Counted from the first letter of the stretch, positions 1 through 9,938 are shown. The stretch is 64,000 bases of DNA from an uncultured Chloroflexia bacterium (GCA_963729175.1 CAVSMY010000010.1:264291-328290); one strand, 5' to 3'. Made by a program: numbers and translations. The notes: generated by a model from the letters alone, not told the origin.

Positions 1-330
1 TGAAGGCAGTCGTCGACGCACGGACGATTCCGCCGCGATAAGGACCAGCTTGCCGTCGATCTCGACGATCGTGAACCGGACATCCTCGCCGGGGCGGAGC
101 AGGTACGCGTTCGTCGATAGCGGAAGCAGGTAGTAGTCGAGCGGGTCGGACTGCTGTCGGTCCGGGCACGCCGGCGGATCGGCCGCCACCGTCGCGTCGA
201 TCGTCGTCGCTGGTAGGCCCCCGAGATCGGCGGATCCGACGCCCGTCACATCGAGGAACGCGCCGATCCTCGATCCACTGGATGAGGGCATCGCGGCCCT
301 CCTTGATCACCTCGGTCTTCCCGCGCGGGC
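1..330 (-). CDS. Partial hypothetical CDS running off the window start
   Basis: Reverse strand translates as ...DVTGVGSADLGGLPATTIDATVAADPP...YLLRPGEDVRFTIVEIDGKLVLIAAESSVRRRLPS with GC3-rich codons. No stop before position 1. The upstream part switches frame, so a further frameshift is possible. Confidence 0.3.
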
Positions 331-425
331 ACGGGTCGACATAGCCGGTCGCGACACGGAGGAGCGTCAGGACCCCGTCCGGCTGCCCCCGGGAACGGGT
401 CTAAATCAGGACCTCGATCCGGTCT

Positions 426-933
426 TCAACTCGCGTCCCTCCCCCCCCCCCCCCCGGCGCTGGTCCGGGTCAGCGACCGGACCGTCTCGCTCACGACGAC
501 CTCGCCCGGACCAGCGAGGGCGCACAGCCGCGCCGCGATGTTCACGGCCAGTCCGACATAGCCGTCGCCGTCCTCGACAGACTCGCCGGCATGGACCCGA
601 TCCCGACCCGGATCGGACGTGCCGGATCGTCGGACGTGGAGTTCTCGGCCGCGGCCACGATGTCGAGCCCACAGGAGATCGCCTGGCTGGCCGAGTCGAG
701 AACGAGGTAGAAGCTGTCGCCCTCGGTCCGGATTCGGCGCCGCGATGTCGCGCGGCGACCGCGCGGACGAGGTCGCGATAGCGGGCCAGGAGGTCTCGCC
801 CCGCCTGATCGCCATGGACGTCGACGTAGGCGGTATAGCCACGCAGGTCGGCGAACAGGTAGCCGCGCGTGATCGGCGGATGCGACGTGGCGCCCGCGCG
901 GTCGTCGCCCGGTTGCATCGCGCCATCTTGCAC
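426..933 (-). pseudogene. Class III adenylate/guanylate cyclase catalytic domain, split over three reading frames (at least two frameshifts)
   Basis: Three overlapping minus-strand ORFs carry consecutive cyclase motifs: [41 protein letters not shown] (frame of 406..933), EGDSFYLVLDSASQAISCGLDIVAAA...PIRVGIGS (frame of 542..1015), and GDGYVGLAVNIAARLCALAGPGEVVVSETV (frame of 426..1007). The C-terminus GGGGG is encoded by the C15 homopolymer at 441-455. Confidence 0.55.
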
Positions 934-1000
934 GACGCCCGCTGCGCATACGCGGGCACATCGCCCTCATGCCCGCCCAGACGGCCGGGCATCCAGGGTC

Positions 1001-1075
1001 TTGACACCTCGTCATTCAGACATCACACTACGTTCAGCTGTTGTTGAATGGTGACGAGGGACTGAATGACGAGGG
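1001..1075 (+). promoter_or_regulatory. Candidate promoter/operator of the ArsR-like gene
   Basis: TTGACA at 1001-1006 inside TGACACCTCGTCA, then a direct repeat GAATGGTGACGAGGG / GAATGACGAGGGTG spanning the start codon at 1066. Confidence 0.3.
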
Positions 1076-1719
1076 TGGAGCGGGCCGACGGATCGCTCGT
1101 GACCGAGATGCGGATCTCGGACGTCGAGACGCTCCGCGTCCTGGCGGATCCCCTGCGACTCCGGATCCTCGAATCCTTCGGTCAGCACGGTGGCCGGGCC
1201 GAGCTGACGGTCAAGGAGATCGCGGCGTCGCTCGGTGAGCCCGTCACGAAGCTCTACTACCACGTGAACCTGCTCGAGCAGCACGGGCTCATCGTCGTCT
1301 CGTCGAGCCGCCTCGTGTCGGGCATCCTCGAGAAGCGCTATCGACCCGCCGCGGACCGGTTCGAGATCGACAAGTCGATCCTCGCCACCGACACGGGTCT
1401 GGCCCACGAGGCGATGCGATCGGTCATGACGTCGGTCTTCAATTCGACCTCGGCCGACATCGAGGACGCCGTCCGGGCCGGCCGCGCCCGCCTGTCGGAG
1501 GATGAGGACGAAGACGACGGCCGTGAGCCGGTCCTGCTCTCGAAGGGCCTCGCCCGCCTCACCCACGCCCAGGCAGTGGCATTCCGGAAGCGGCTGATCG
1601 AGGTCTTCGCCGAGTTCGGTGAGGGGTCGATCGATCGACACCTCGACAGGCGACGAGACGCTCCATCCGTTCGGGCTCGTGCTGGTGCTCTATCCGATGG
1701 CCGATCCGCCCCGGAATAA
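1066..1719 (+). CDS. ArsR/winged-helix family transcriptional regulator
   Basis: HTH motif LADPLRLRILESFGQHGGRAELTVKEIAASLGEPVTKLYYHVNLLEQHGLI. Confidence 0.8.
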   Translation: MTRVERADGSLVTEMRISDVETLRVLADPLRLRILESFGQHGGRAELTVKEIAASLGEPVTKLYYHVNLLEQHGLIVVSSSRLVSGILEKRYRPAADRFEIDKSILATDTGLAHEAMRSVMTSVFNSTSADIEDAVRAGRARLSEDEDEDDGREPVLLSKGLARLTHAQAVAFRKRLIEVFAEFGEGSIDRHLDRRRDAPSVRARAGALSDGRSAPE

Positions 1720-1749
1720 GCGCGGGCGGGCCCGAGCGAAGGGAAAGCC

Positions 1750-3037
1750 GTGACGAGCACGACCACGCCGGCCGTCGGCGTCCGCGACCTCCTGCGGATC
1801 CACGACTTCCGGCGCATCTGGGGCGCCCAGGCGATCTCCGACATCGGCGACGGGCTGACGAACCTGACCCTGTTCATCGTCGTCCTCGGGCTGACCGGCT
1901 CGACCGCCGCGATCGCCCTTGTCGCGATCGCCCTGGCCGTCCCGATGATCCTTGTCGGACCGATCGCCGGCGTCTTCGTCGACCGCTGGGACCGCCGCCG
2001 GGTCATGCTCGTCTCGGACCTGCTCAGGGCGGCGATCGTGCTCGGCTTCATCGTCGCGGTCGCGGCCGACCAGCTGTGGCTGCTGTATCTCCTCGCCGTC
2101 GCCCACGCGACCGTCGGGACGTTCTTCACCCCGGCCCGGATGGCCCTCCTGCCGCTCGTCGTGCCGGAGGAGGGGCTGCTCGCGGCGAACTCCCTGACGC
2201 AGATCGACCCGGGTCATCGCCGGGGTCCTCGGGGCGTCGGCGGCCGGGCTGCTGGCTGGTGTCGCCGCAGTCACCTGGCCGGCGTTCCTCGTCGACGCCG
2301 CGACCTTCCTGGTCTCGTTCGTGCTCGTCCTGGGCGTCCGCGAGCATGGCCGGGTCGACGCGCCGACCGTGGCCGCTGAGCGGGCTGCCGGCGTTCTCGC
2401 GTCGCTGCGCGAGGGCCTCGGGATCGTCGCCGGCTCCCGGGTCCTGCTCGGCTGCATGGTCGCCGCGGCCGTGACCCTGCTCGGGCTCGGCGCCGTCAAC
2501 GTCCTGTTCGTCCCGTTCTTCGTCGACGAGCTCGGGCTGCCGGTGACCTGGCTGGGCCTCGCCGACATCGCCCAGACGAGCTCGATGATCCTCGCCGCGG
2601 GCCTCACGGCGGCGATCGCCTCGCGCCTCCTGCCGACCCGCATCATCGTGGTCGGGCTGGCCGGGATCGGGGTCTGCGTCGGCCTCCTCGGGGGCTCGCA
2701 GGAGATCTGGCAGGTCGGCCTGATCCTGTTCGCGGTCGGCTGGTTCGTGACGCCCCTCGAGGCGTCGCTCGCGACGATCCTCCAGACGACCGTCGAGGAT
2801 GCCCAGCGGGGCCGCGCGGCCTCGATGCTCCACGCGGTGATGTCCGCGGCGAACGTCACCTCGATGGTGCTCGCCGGCGTGTTCGGCGACGCGGTCGGCG
2901 TCCGGACGGCGTTCGTCCTGGCCGGTGGTGTGGTGCTCCTCGCGGCGGTCATCGCGGCGATCGCGTTCCGGGGCACGGCTGCGGCGATGCGCCGGGTCCC
3001 GACGCCCGCACCCACCCCGTCGACCGCCGAGGTCTGA
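1750..3037 (+). CDS. MFS transporter; apparent 1-nt frameshift near 2205-2215 (pseudogene or sequence error)
   Basis: Two adjacent ORFs (1750..2379 frame 1; 2321..3037 frame 2) together make a 12-TMS MFS protein. Shifting frame at ~2208 gives a continuous ...NSLTQI|VIAGVLGASAAGLLAGVAAVTWPAFLVDAATFLVSFVLVLGVREHG. Confidence 0.75.
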
Positions 3038-3072
3038 CGACACCCGTCAGACGGCGGCCGCCGTCGTGCGGG

Positions 3073-4785
3073 TCATTCGCGGTCGAGCCCTCGGATGTGC
3101 TGGATGATCGCGCCGACGATGACGATGAGGATGACGAGCAGCGTCAGGTGGACGAGCGGGTACGGGATCTCCCGGGGCACCATCGCCTCTGTCTCGTCGG
3201 GGTTGGCGAGGACGAGATACAGAACGGCGAAGACGACCAGCGCCGCCAAGCCGAGCGACACGAGCCGTCGGCGGGCCGACCGGATCCGCCGCCGGAACCC
3301 GAAGAGCGAGGTCTGGGCGTCGGTGATGAATGCCTGCTGACCCTCCAGGAACTCGACGAAGTCGATCGCTCGCTGGAGCCGGATGCCGCCGGCATACAGG
3401 CGCGGCATCGCCAGGCGTGGATCGAGCCAGCCGATCGCCTGCTGGCGGATGAGCCGCGAGAAGAACCGCCGGACCTGGCCTGCCAGGTCGTAGTCGCTGG
3501 CGAGCTGATGTCGGAGTGTCCCGAGCGTGACCATCATCTTCAGGTACGCGACGATGCTCGGCTCGAGCCGCAGCTCGTACGTCCGCATCGTCTTGAGGAT
3601 GTCGACGGCCAGCTTCGAGTACGGGTTGTCGGCCGACCGCGACACCGGCCCCACCGGACCAGCGGCCCGACGGCCGCTGGCCGACGCGAGGCCGCGCAGG
3701 TCATAGAAGAACGCCGAGTGGACGCGGATGAGCTCGCGCCGCGCTCCCACGACGTCGGTCGTGCCCGTCGGCGCGAGCCATCGCAGGAGCTCGTCGATCG
3801 CGTCTTCGACCTCGCCCCGGAAGAGCAGCCAGCTGTAGCGGGTCAGCGACTCGCGCAGGTCGTCCGAGAGCTGGCCGACGATCCCGTAGTCGACATAGCC
3901 GATCGCGTCGCCGGGGAGGACGAACAGGTTGGCCGGGTGCAGGTCGGCGTGGAAGTAGCCGTACACGAAGACCTGGTTGAGCATGTTCCAGTCCAGGTTG
4001 CGCACGACCCGATCGAGATCGACGCCGCGTGCCTCGAGCTTGGCCAGGTAGGCCGCGTTCCCGTCCCGTGACGCGACGACGATGTCGATGAGCGGGATGC
4101 CTTCGATGAGCTCGGTCGTGAGGACACGGGACGTCGTGTAGTCGGGGTGGACGCGGGCGATCCGCTCGTTCCGCTCGCCGTGCGCGTGCTCGTAGAGCAG
4201 CAACGCCTGGCGGGCCTCGACCAGATAGTCGAGCTCGTCACCGGTCCAGCGGGCGAACTCGTCGATGACGGTGCGACTCCGGGTGGCTCCGAAGAGATGG
4301 GTCCAGTCCAGGACCCGGGCGACCGCGTACATCAGGTCGATGTCCGCCTGGATGCTCTCGCGGATCCCCGGGCGCTGGACCTTGACCGCCACGGGCTCGC
4401 CGCTCGGCAGCACGGCCCGATGGACCTGGCCGATCGAAGCCGCCGCGAATGACGCCTCCTCGAAGGAGGCGAAGACGGCCTCCGGCGGCCCGCCCAGCTC
4501 GGTGATGACGATCTGGCGGACCTGGTCGTACGGGAACGGCCGGACCTGGTTGAGGAGCTTGAAGAGCTCATCGCAGTAGGCCGCCGGGAGGAGATCGAAC
4601 CGCATCGCCAGCATCTGCCCGAGCTTGACCCAGGCGCCGCCGAGCTCTTCGAGCGCCAGACGCATCCGGATCGGGCCGGGCTCCGCCGAAATCCGAACGA
4701 ACGGCAGCGACGGACCGATGACATACCGCCACCACACGACCAGGACCAGCCAGACGCGGCGGGGATGGCGGAGCAGCGTCCTCAT
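3073..4785 (-). CDS. ABC1/UbiB-family atypical protein kinase (AarF-domain) with C-terminal TM segments
   Basis: 570 aa. ABC1 kinase motifs (AASIGQVH, VAVKVQRPG, HADLHPANLFV, DYG) and hydrophobic C-terminal helices. Confidence 0.85.
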   Translation of the reverse strand: MRTLLRHPRRVWLVLVVWWRYVIGPSLPFVRISAEPGPIRMRLALEELGGAWVKLGQMLAMRFDLLPAAYCDELFKLLNQVRPFPYDQVRQIVITELGGPPEAVFASFEEASFAAASIGQVHRAVLPSGEPVAVKVQRPGIRESIQADIDLMYAVARVLDWTHLFGATRSRTVIDEFARWTGDELDYLVEARQALLLYEHAHGERNERIARVHPDYTTSRVLTTELIEGIPLIDIVVASRDGNAAYLAKLEARGVDLDRVVRNLDWNMLNQVFVYGYFHADLHPANLFVLPGDAIGYVDYGIVGQLSDDLRESLTRYSWLLFRGEVEDAIDELLRWLAPTGTTDVVGARRELIRVHSAFFYDLRGLASASGRRAAGPVGPVSRSADNPYSKLAVDILKTMRTYELRLEPSIVAYLKMMVTLGTLRHQLASDYDLAGQVRRFFSRLIRQQAIGWLDPRLAMPRLYAGGIRLQRAIDFVEFLEGQQAFITDAQTSLFGFRRRIRSARRRLVSLGLAALVVFAVLYLVLANPDETEAMVPREIPYPLVHLTLLVILIVIVGAIIQHIRGLDRE

Positions 4786-4827
4786 CGCGCCGTCAACGGC
4801 GCGGTGGCGGCGTGGACGTGCGGCGGA

Positions 4828-5223
4828 TCAGGCCTGGTCGTCGTCGATCGGCACGCGCCGGCGCTGGCTCGGCTCGGACACCTCCGACTCCCACTCGCGG
4901 CCGGCCCGGACGAGCTCGCCGTACATGTGCCGCGACCAGTGGAGCACGAGGCTCATCGCGCCCTCGGCTGCGAGCTGGGCCTCCCGGGGATACTTCCGCA
5001 TCATCCGCGACAGCTCGGCGGCGCGCTCCTCGCCGCTCAAGTCGCCGCGACGCCGTGCGCGCTCTCGCTCCGCGTACGCGGCGCGCTCCTCGGGGGTCGG
5101 CCCGGCGAGCCATGCCGCGCGACGCTTGCGCTCGCGCTCGACCCACTCTTCAAGCTCGGCTTCGGTCGGGTCGAGCCCGATCGGGTCTTCCACCGCCGGT
5201 GTCGGCTTGGTCGACATGCCACG
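4828..5223 (-). CDS. Hypothetical protein (131 aa), directly upstream and co-directional with the ABC1 kinase
   Basis: MSTKPTPAVEDPIGLDPTEAELEEWVERERKRRAAWLAGP...; strongly GC3-biased codons. The ATG is the first plausible start inside a longer low-complexity ORF. Confidence 0.55.
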   Translation of the reverse strand, partial: RGMSTKPTPAVEDPIGLDPTEAELEEWVERERKRRAAWLAGPTPEERAAYAERERARRRGDLSGEERAAELSRMMRKYPREAQLAAEGAMSLVLHWSRHMYGELVRAGREWESEVSEPSQRRRVPIDDDQA

Positions 5224-5505
5224 GCCCCTTCGCGCTGATGCAACCCCTCGTCGGACGGTCGAGGATACACCCCGTGGTTCCTCCCGTTCGCGGCCCGGCG
5301 GCGCCCTGTCGCGGTCCGAAACCGGCTGCCATCGGCCGACGTATCGGAGCACGGTGGATCGCCCCGCCCCCGGCATCCCACCTCGGGACGGCTGGGTCGT
5401 GAAGGAGGAGCGCGACCCAGCCGTCCGCGAACCCCTCCCCTGCGCGTCGTCGGTGACGGTGAGGCGCGCCTGGACCGGCCCCCACGGCCCGCGACGCTCC
5501 GTGAC

Positions 5506-6813
5506 GTGCCGCGCCATGGCGGCGTACGCGATGATGCGCGGGTGACGTCGCCGGTATCCTCGTCGACCCAGACCGCAGGTCCCGTGGATCGCACGACCGT
5601 GGGCCGCGCCCGGGCGGCTGTGATCATCGGGATCGTCATCCTGGCCCTGTCGGTGACGATCCTCACGGGCAACCTCGTCAGCCTGCTTTTCGCGGCCCCG
5701 TTCATGGTCGGCCCGTACGTCGTGACCGGCGGCATCCTGGCCATCCAGCGGCCCCACAACATCATCGGCTGGCTGCTCATCGCGACCGGCTGGACGCTGT
5801 GCTTCGGGATGTTCGTGCTGGTCCTGGATCCCGCGGCGCTCCAGGCGGGGACCGCCTCGGCCGCGGCCCGACTCATGGCCTGGTGCAGCGGCTGGGCCTG
5901 GAGCGGCCTGATCACCTGCCTCGTAGCGATCGCGGCGGTGTTCCCCAGCGGCCATCTACCTCGCGGTCGATGGGGGCCCGCCGCCGCCGCGATGATCGCC
6001 TTCGGGACCCTCCTGACCGCGATCACGGCGTTCGCCCCGACGATCGCGATCGGATCGTCCGTCGGGCCCGCCGTCGAAGCGACGAACCCGCTGGCGATCG
6101 CGCCCGACAGCGCCATCTGGGGACTCCTCCCGCGCGGTGGGACCCTGTACGCGATCCAGGTGTCGTTGCTCGCCTTGAGCGCGCTCCGGATCGTGTCGCG
6201 GTATCGCGTCTCGGAGGGCCTCGAGCGGCTCCAGCTCACCTGGCTCGTGGCGGCGCTGGTCTTCGCGGCGATCGCGCTGCCGATCTCCCTTGTCCTCGTT
6301 TCGAGCAGCTCGGTCGCGGCCGGTGACGTTCGCGACCCAGCCGCGCTGCTGCCGTGGACGCCGGTCCTGACCGCCGTCGCCGTGGTCCCGATCGCCATCG
6401 GCTTCGCGGTGATGCGCTATCGGCTGTACGAGATCGACCGGATCGTCAGCCGAGGCGTCGCCTGGGGCCTCGTCACCGCATTCCTCGTCGGGCTGTTCGT
6501 CGTCCTGGTCGTCGGACTCCAGGCGCTGCTCGCCCCACTGACGAACGGCAGCACCCTGGCGGTCGCCGCCTCGACGCTCCTTGTGGCGGCTGTCTTCCAG
6601 CCATTCCGGCGGCGGATCCAGTCCGCCGTCGATCGACGTTTCGACCGAGCTCGCTACGACGCCGTGATCGTCGTCGAGGGCTTCGCGGAGCACCTTCGCG
6701 ACGAGCTGGATCTCGACACCCTCGGTGCGGACATCGCCCGGGTCGCACGCGAGACGGTGCGACCGACGAGCGCGGCAGTGTGGCTCCGCAGTCGGTCCGA
6801 CCCGAGCGCCTGA
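5506..6813 (+). CDS. Polytopic membrane protein resembling the N-terminal sensor/membrane region of a histidine kinase, but lacking the HisKA/HATPase core
   Basis: At least 8 predicted TM helices. The C-terminal RYRLYEIDRIVSRGVAWGLV...FQPFRRRIQSAVDRRFDRARYDA is typical of the segment before the dimerisation domain of actinobacterial sensor kinases. The ORF stops without a kinase domain. Confidence 0.55.
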   Translation: MPRHGGVRDDARVTSPVSSSTQTAGPVDRTTVGRARAAVIIGIVILALSVTILTGNLVSLLFAAPFMVGPYVVTGGILAIQRPHNIIGWLLIATGWTLCFGMFVLVLDPAALQAGTASAAARLMAWCSGWAWSGLITCLVAIAAVFPSGHLPRGRWGPAAAAMIAFGTLLTAITAFAPTIAIGSSVGPAVEATNPLAIAPDSAIWGLLPRGGTLYAIQVSLLALSALRIVSRYRVSEGLERLQLTWLVAALVFAAIALPISLVLVSSSSVAAGDVRDPAALLPWTPVLTAVAVVPIAIGFAVMRYRLYEIDRIVSRGVAWGLVTAFLVGLFVVLVVGLQALLAPLTNGSTLAVAASTLLVAAVFQPFRRRIQSAVDRRFDRARYDAVIVVEGFAEHLRDELDLDTLGADIARVARETVRPTSAAVWLRSRSDPSA

Positions 6814-6903
6814 TCGGGCGTCCCGCGGAGCAGCGATCCCTGAAACCGGTCCGCCGTCCCGGTCGTACAGGCGAGAGTAACCATCGCGCCACGGAGGACC
6901 GGC

Positions 6904-7440
6904 ATGCCACGGACCATCCGACTGGTCGCAGCAGCCATCGGGCTGTCCGCGATCATCGCCGCCTGTACGAGCGGCGCCACCCCTGCCCCGGCGTCCCCCA
7001 GCCCGGCGGCATCCCCAAGCCCTGCGGCGTCCGCCGCCGCTTCCGCGAGTCCGGCTGCTTCCGCCGCCGCCTCCGCGAGCGCCGCCGTCGGCGGCGGATC
7101 GGTCAGCCTCGCCGACTCGTCGCTCGGCAAGATCCTCGTCGGGCCGGATGGCAGGACGCTCTACATCTTCACGAACGACACCGGCGGGACACCGTCGTGC
7201 TACGACGCGTGCGCCACGAAGTGGCCGCCGCTCACCGTCGCCGTCACACCCGGGACCGGCCTCGATGCCGAGGACTTCAAGACGGTCGCCCGGACCGACG
7301 GCACCATGCAGGTGACGTTCTACGGCCAGCCGCTCTACTACTTCGCCAGCGACACGAACGCCGGCGACACGAACGGCCAGGGCTTCAGCGACAAGTGGTG
7401 GGTCGTCGGGGCCGACGGCGCACCGATCAAGACCAAATAG
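6904..7440 (+). CDS. Secreted lipoprotein with a Lipoprotein_15-type repeat domain (PF03640-like)
   Basis: Signal peptide plus lipobox (SAIIAAC). Ala/Ser/Pro-rich linker. Motifs CYDACATKWPPL, GQPLYYFASDT, GFSDKWWVVG. Confidence 0.75.
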   Translation: MPRTIRLVAAAIGLSAIIAACTSGATPAPASPSPAASPSPAASAAASASPAASAAASASAAVGGGSVSLADSSLGKILVGPDGRTLYIFTNDTGGTPSCYDACATKWPPLTVAVTPGTGLDAEDFKTVARTDGTMQVTFYGQPLYYFASDTNAGDTNGQGFSDKWWVVGADGAPIKTK

Positions 7441-7515
7441 CGGACCAACAGGATCATCCCAGCCGGGGGCGGCTCACACCCCCTGGGGCGAACACTCCTC
7501 CACCCTGGGGGATCC

Positions 7516-7548
7516 GGCCGGGTCGCGGCCACTGCGACCCGGCCGGTC
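7516..7548. terminator. Bidirectional hairpin between convergent genes
   Basis: Perfect 13-bp inverted repeat CCGGCCGGGTCGC-ggccact-GCGACCCGGCCGG. Confidence 0.5.
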
Positions 7549-7556
7549 CATGTCCG

Positions 7557-8903
7557 TCAGGTGACCTCGTCGCCCTCTCTGGCGGCCGTCCCGCCGGCGA
7601 TGCCCTGCTCGAGCATCAGCCGGGCGAACCGCAGCCACGACACGTCGGCGTCCGCCATGTCCCAGCGGTCGACGGGGTCGAGTGACGCGAGGATCGCCTC
7701 GTAGCTCTCGACCTGGAGCAGCGAGCCGACGACGAGCGCGAGTCTGCCCGCTTCGGCCAGCCCATCCTCCGACAGGGTGTCGGACCAGCGACCAAGGAAG
7801 GCGTCGACGACCGCGTGGCGGAGCGCGAGCTCCGGGATCCGGCGGATGAAGGCGGGCAGGTCGAGGAACGGGTGGCTGACGGCCGCATCCGACCAGTCGA
7901 ACACCACCGGCCCCTCGTCCGTGACCGCGATGTTCCCGGCGTGGAGGTCGCCGTGGATCAGGGTCGCGGGCGGACCGAGGCGCTCGAGTCGCTCGCAGGC
8001 GGCGACGAACCCGGGCAGCGCCGCGACGATCGCGGCGACCTCGTCAGCATCCAGGCGGTCGCCGAGTCCCAGCCGATCCGGGAGGTCATGGATGCGCCGG
8101 GCCAGCCCGGAGACGGGTCGGACCGCCGCACCGGCACGTTCAAGCTCGGCGGCTGCACCGTCCCACGCTCGCTGGATCGAAGCGAACGCGGCGAACGCCG
8201 CCGGCCATCCTTCCCGCGGCGTCCCGTCGAGGATCCGTCCACCGAAGTCCGCCAGGAGCAGCCAGCCCTCGGTCGGCTCGGTCGCCAGGACCCGGACGGT
8301 CGCGGCCGGCGACCGCTCGGCGATCGCTGTCGTGACCAGCGGCTCGCGCTGGAAGACGGGCGCGCAGGACTTGAGGAAGACCGCGCCATCGGCCGTCGGA
8401 GCGCGGAGGATCGCGCTGATCGACCAGATCGCGTGGAGTCGCGGTGGACCCTGGAGCGGTCGTCCGATCTCCGCCATCCGGTGAGTCATCCAGGCCGAGG
8501 CACGTGTCATCCAGCCCGGTCGAGCCCACGGCGCACGGCGCTCCGAGATCCTGCCGTCGAGCGACCCGAGCCAGGCGGCGATGTGCGGCCCGATGTCGGC
8601 GGGTCGGACGGCTGCAGGATCGACCGCCTCGATCGGCAGCCAGGTGAACCCATCGGGGGCTCCGACATCGACGCCATCGATCTCGACGACCATCAAGGTC
8701 GCGGCGTCATGTCCGCCCGCGACCTGGGCGACCCGCAGGATCGTCGGCTCGACCGTGAGGAGGGCCGCGATGCGGGACCCGATCTCGTCCGGCCGGGCCT
8801 CGTCCGTCGCGTCGAACATCGGCAGCGTCGTCGCGTCCGCGGCGAGGATCGCCCGACCGCCGACGCGCGGGATGCAGACCACGAAGGGGACCATCCGGCG
8901 CAC
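7557..8903 (-). CDS. Aminoglycoside phosphotransferase (APH)/phosphotransferase-enzyme-family protein
   Basis: HGDLHAGNIAV and FDWSDAAVSHPFLDL (Brenner/APH catalytic and Mg-binding motifs). Confidence 0.8.
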   Translation of the reverse strand: MRRMVPFVVCIPRVGGRAILAADATTLPMFDATDEARPDEIGSRIAALLTVEPTILRVAQVAGGHDAATLMVVEIDGVDVGAPDGFTWLPIEAVDPAAVRPADIGPHIAAWLGSLDGRISERRAPWARPGWMTRASAWMTHRMAEIGRPLQGPPRLHAIWSISAILRAPTADGAVFLKSCAPVFQREPLVTTAIAERSPAATVRVLATEPTEGWLLLADFGGRILDGTPREGWPAAFAAFASIQRAWDGAAAELERAGAAVRPVSGLARRIHDLPDRLGLGDRLDADEVAAIVAALPGFVAACERLERLGPPATLIHGDLHAGNIAVTDEGPVVFDWSDAAVSHPFLDLPAFIRRIPELALRHAVVDAFLGRWSDTLSEDGLAEAGRLALVVGSLLQVESYEAILASLDPVDRWDMADADVSWLRFARLMLEQGIAGGTAAREGDEVT

Positions 8904-8975
8904 AGTACAGGTCCGACCCGACGCCGCAGGCGCCCATCGCGCGTGCTCCGAGCGGGCCGGTCAGGCGGAGGCGGG

Positions 8976-9302
8976 ATGGAGACGATCGGCGTCGTCCTCT
9001 CGGTCGCGACCGAGCATGTCGAGGCCTTCGAATTGGGCTTCCGCGAGCACGAGGTGGCCGTCTGGGAGGACCTCCAGGCCCGTGGTCACCTGGTCCGAGC
9101 CTCGCTCAACCGACTCGACATCTCGTCGGCGTCCGTCGAGGGCGCGACCCAGTACCTCATCGTCGCCGTCTTCGCGACCGGAGAGGGCCATCACGAGCAC
9201 GACCACCACCCCGGCTTCGCGGCCTGGAACGCGATCGCCGACACGTACCAGGTCTCGGATGGGCTGGCATTCGGCGGCGAGACCATCGTGTCGCTCGGCT
9301 GA
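8976..9302 (+). CDS. Hypothetical small protein (108 aa) with a His-rich segment (HHEHDHHPG)
   Basis: GGAGG Shine-Dalgarno 5-9 nt upstream of ATG 8976. Codon bias is coding-like. Confidence 0.55.
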   Translation: METIGVVLSVATEHVEAFELGFREHEVAVWEDLQARGHLVRASLNRLDISSASVEGATQYLIVAVFATGEGHHEHDHHPGFAAWNAIADTYQVSDGLAFGGETIVSLG

Positions 9303-9323
9303 TCGACCGGCTACCGTTCCGCC

Positions 9324-9863
9324 ATGGACCGACACGACGGTGCGAGCTATGAGCTCGCCCAGCTCAACATCGGACGCCTCGTGGCGCCGGTCGACGCTCC
9401 GGCGATCGCCGGGTTCGTCGCCCTGCTGGAGCCGATCAACGCCCTCGCCGAAGCGAGCCCCGGGTTCCGCTGGCGCCTCGTCGGAGACGGCGGGAACGCG
9501 ACCGACGTCCGGGTCTTCGACGACGACCTCGTCATCGTCAACCTGACCGTCTGGGCGTCGCTCGAGGATCTCCGGGCCTTCGCCTACGACTCGCGCCACG
9601 TCGAGGTCCTGCGCCGACGGCGCGAGTGGTTCGAGCGGCCGGCCGAGGCGCATCTCGTGCTGTGGTGGGTCCCGACGGGTCACCGACCGAGCACGACCGA
9701 GGCCGTCGAGCGGCTCGAGCTGCTGCGCCGCCTTGGACCCACGCCCGACGCGTTCACGTTCCGTGCGCCGTTCGATCCGCCGCGGCCGGATCGCCGGGCC
9801 GCCGGACCGGGCTCGTCTCTGGTGGGGGCGGAGTTCTGCTGGCCGGAGGTGCCCGCCGGCTGA
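9324..9863 (+). CDS. DUF3291 domain protein
   Basis: MDRHDGASYELAQLNIGRLVAPVDAPAIAGFVALLEPINALAE...VNLTVWASLEDLRAFAY matches the DUF3291 family. The 3' end overlaps 29-bp direct repeats, so the true stop may lie earlier. Confidence 0.7.
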   Translation: MDRHDGASYELAQLNIGRLVAPVDAPAIAGFVALLEPINALAEASPGFRWRLVGDGGNATDVRVFDDDLVIVNLTVWASLEDLRAFAYDSRHVEVLRRRREWFERPAEAHLVLWWVPTGHRPSTTEAVERLELLRRLGPTPDAFTFRAPFDPPRPDRRAAGPGSSLVGAEFCWPEVPAG

Positions 9864-9917
9864 CCGGAGTTCCCGGTCGGCTGACTGCGGGTGCTGGCCG
9901 GAGGTCCCGGCCGGCTG
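9837..9917. repeat. Two imperfect 29-bp direct repeats (TGCTGGCCGGAGGTSCCSGCCGGCTGACC) 52 bp apart
   Basis: Copies at 9837-9865 and 9889-9917, downstream of DUF3291 and upstream of the marR promoter. Confidence 0.5.
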
Positions 9918-9938
9918 ACCGGGCACTTGCGCATTTGC

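Noticed and set aside
1338-3043. Three long minus-strand ORFs antisense to the MFS transporter
   Set aside because: Low-complexity S/R/P/A-rich translations with no domains. The plus strand encodes a clear MFS protein.
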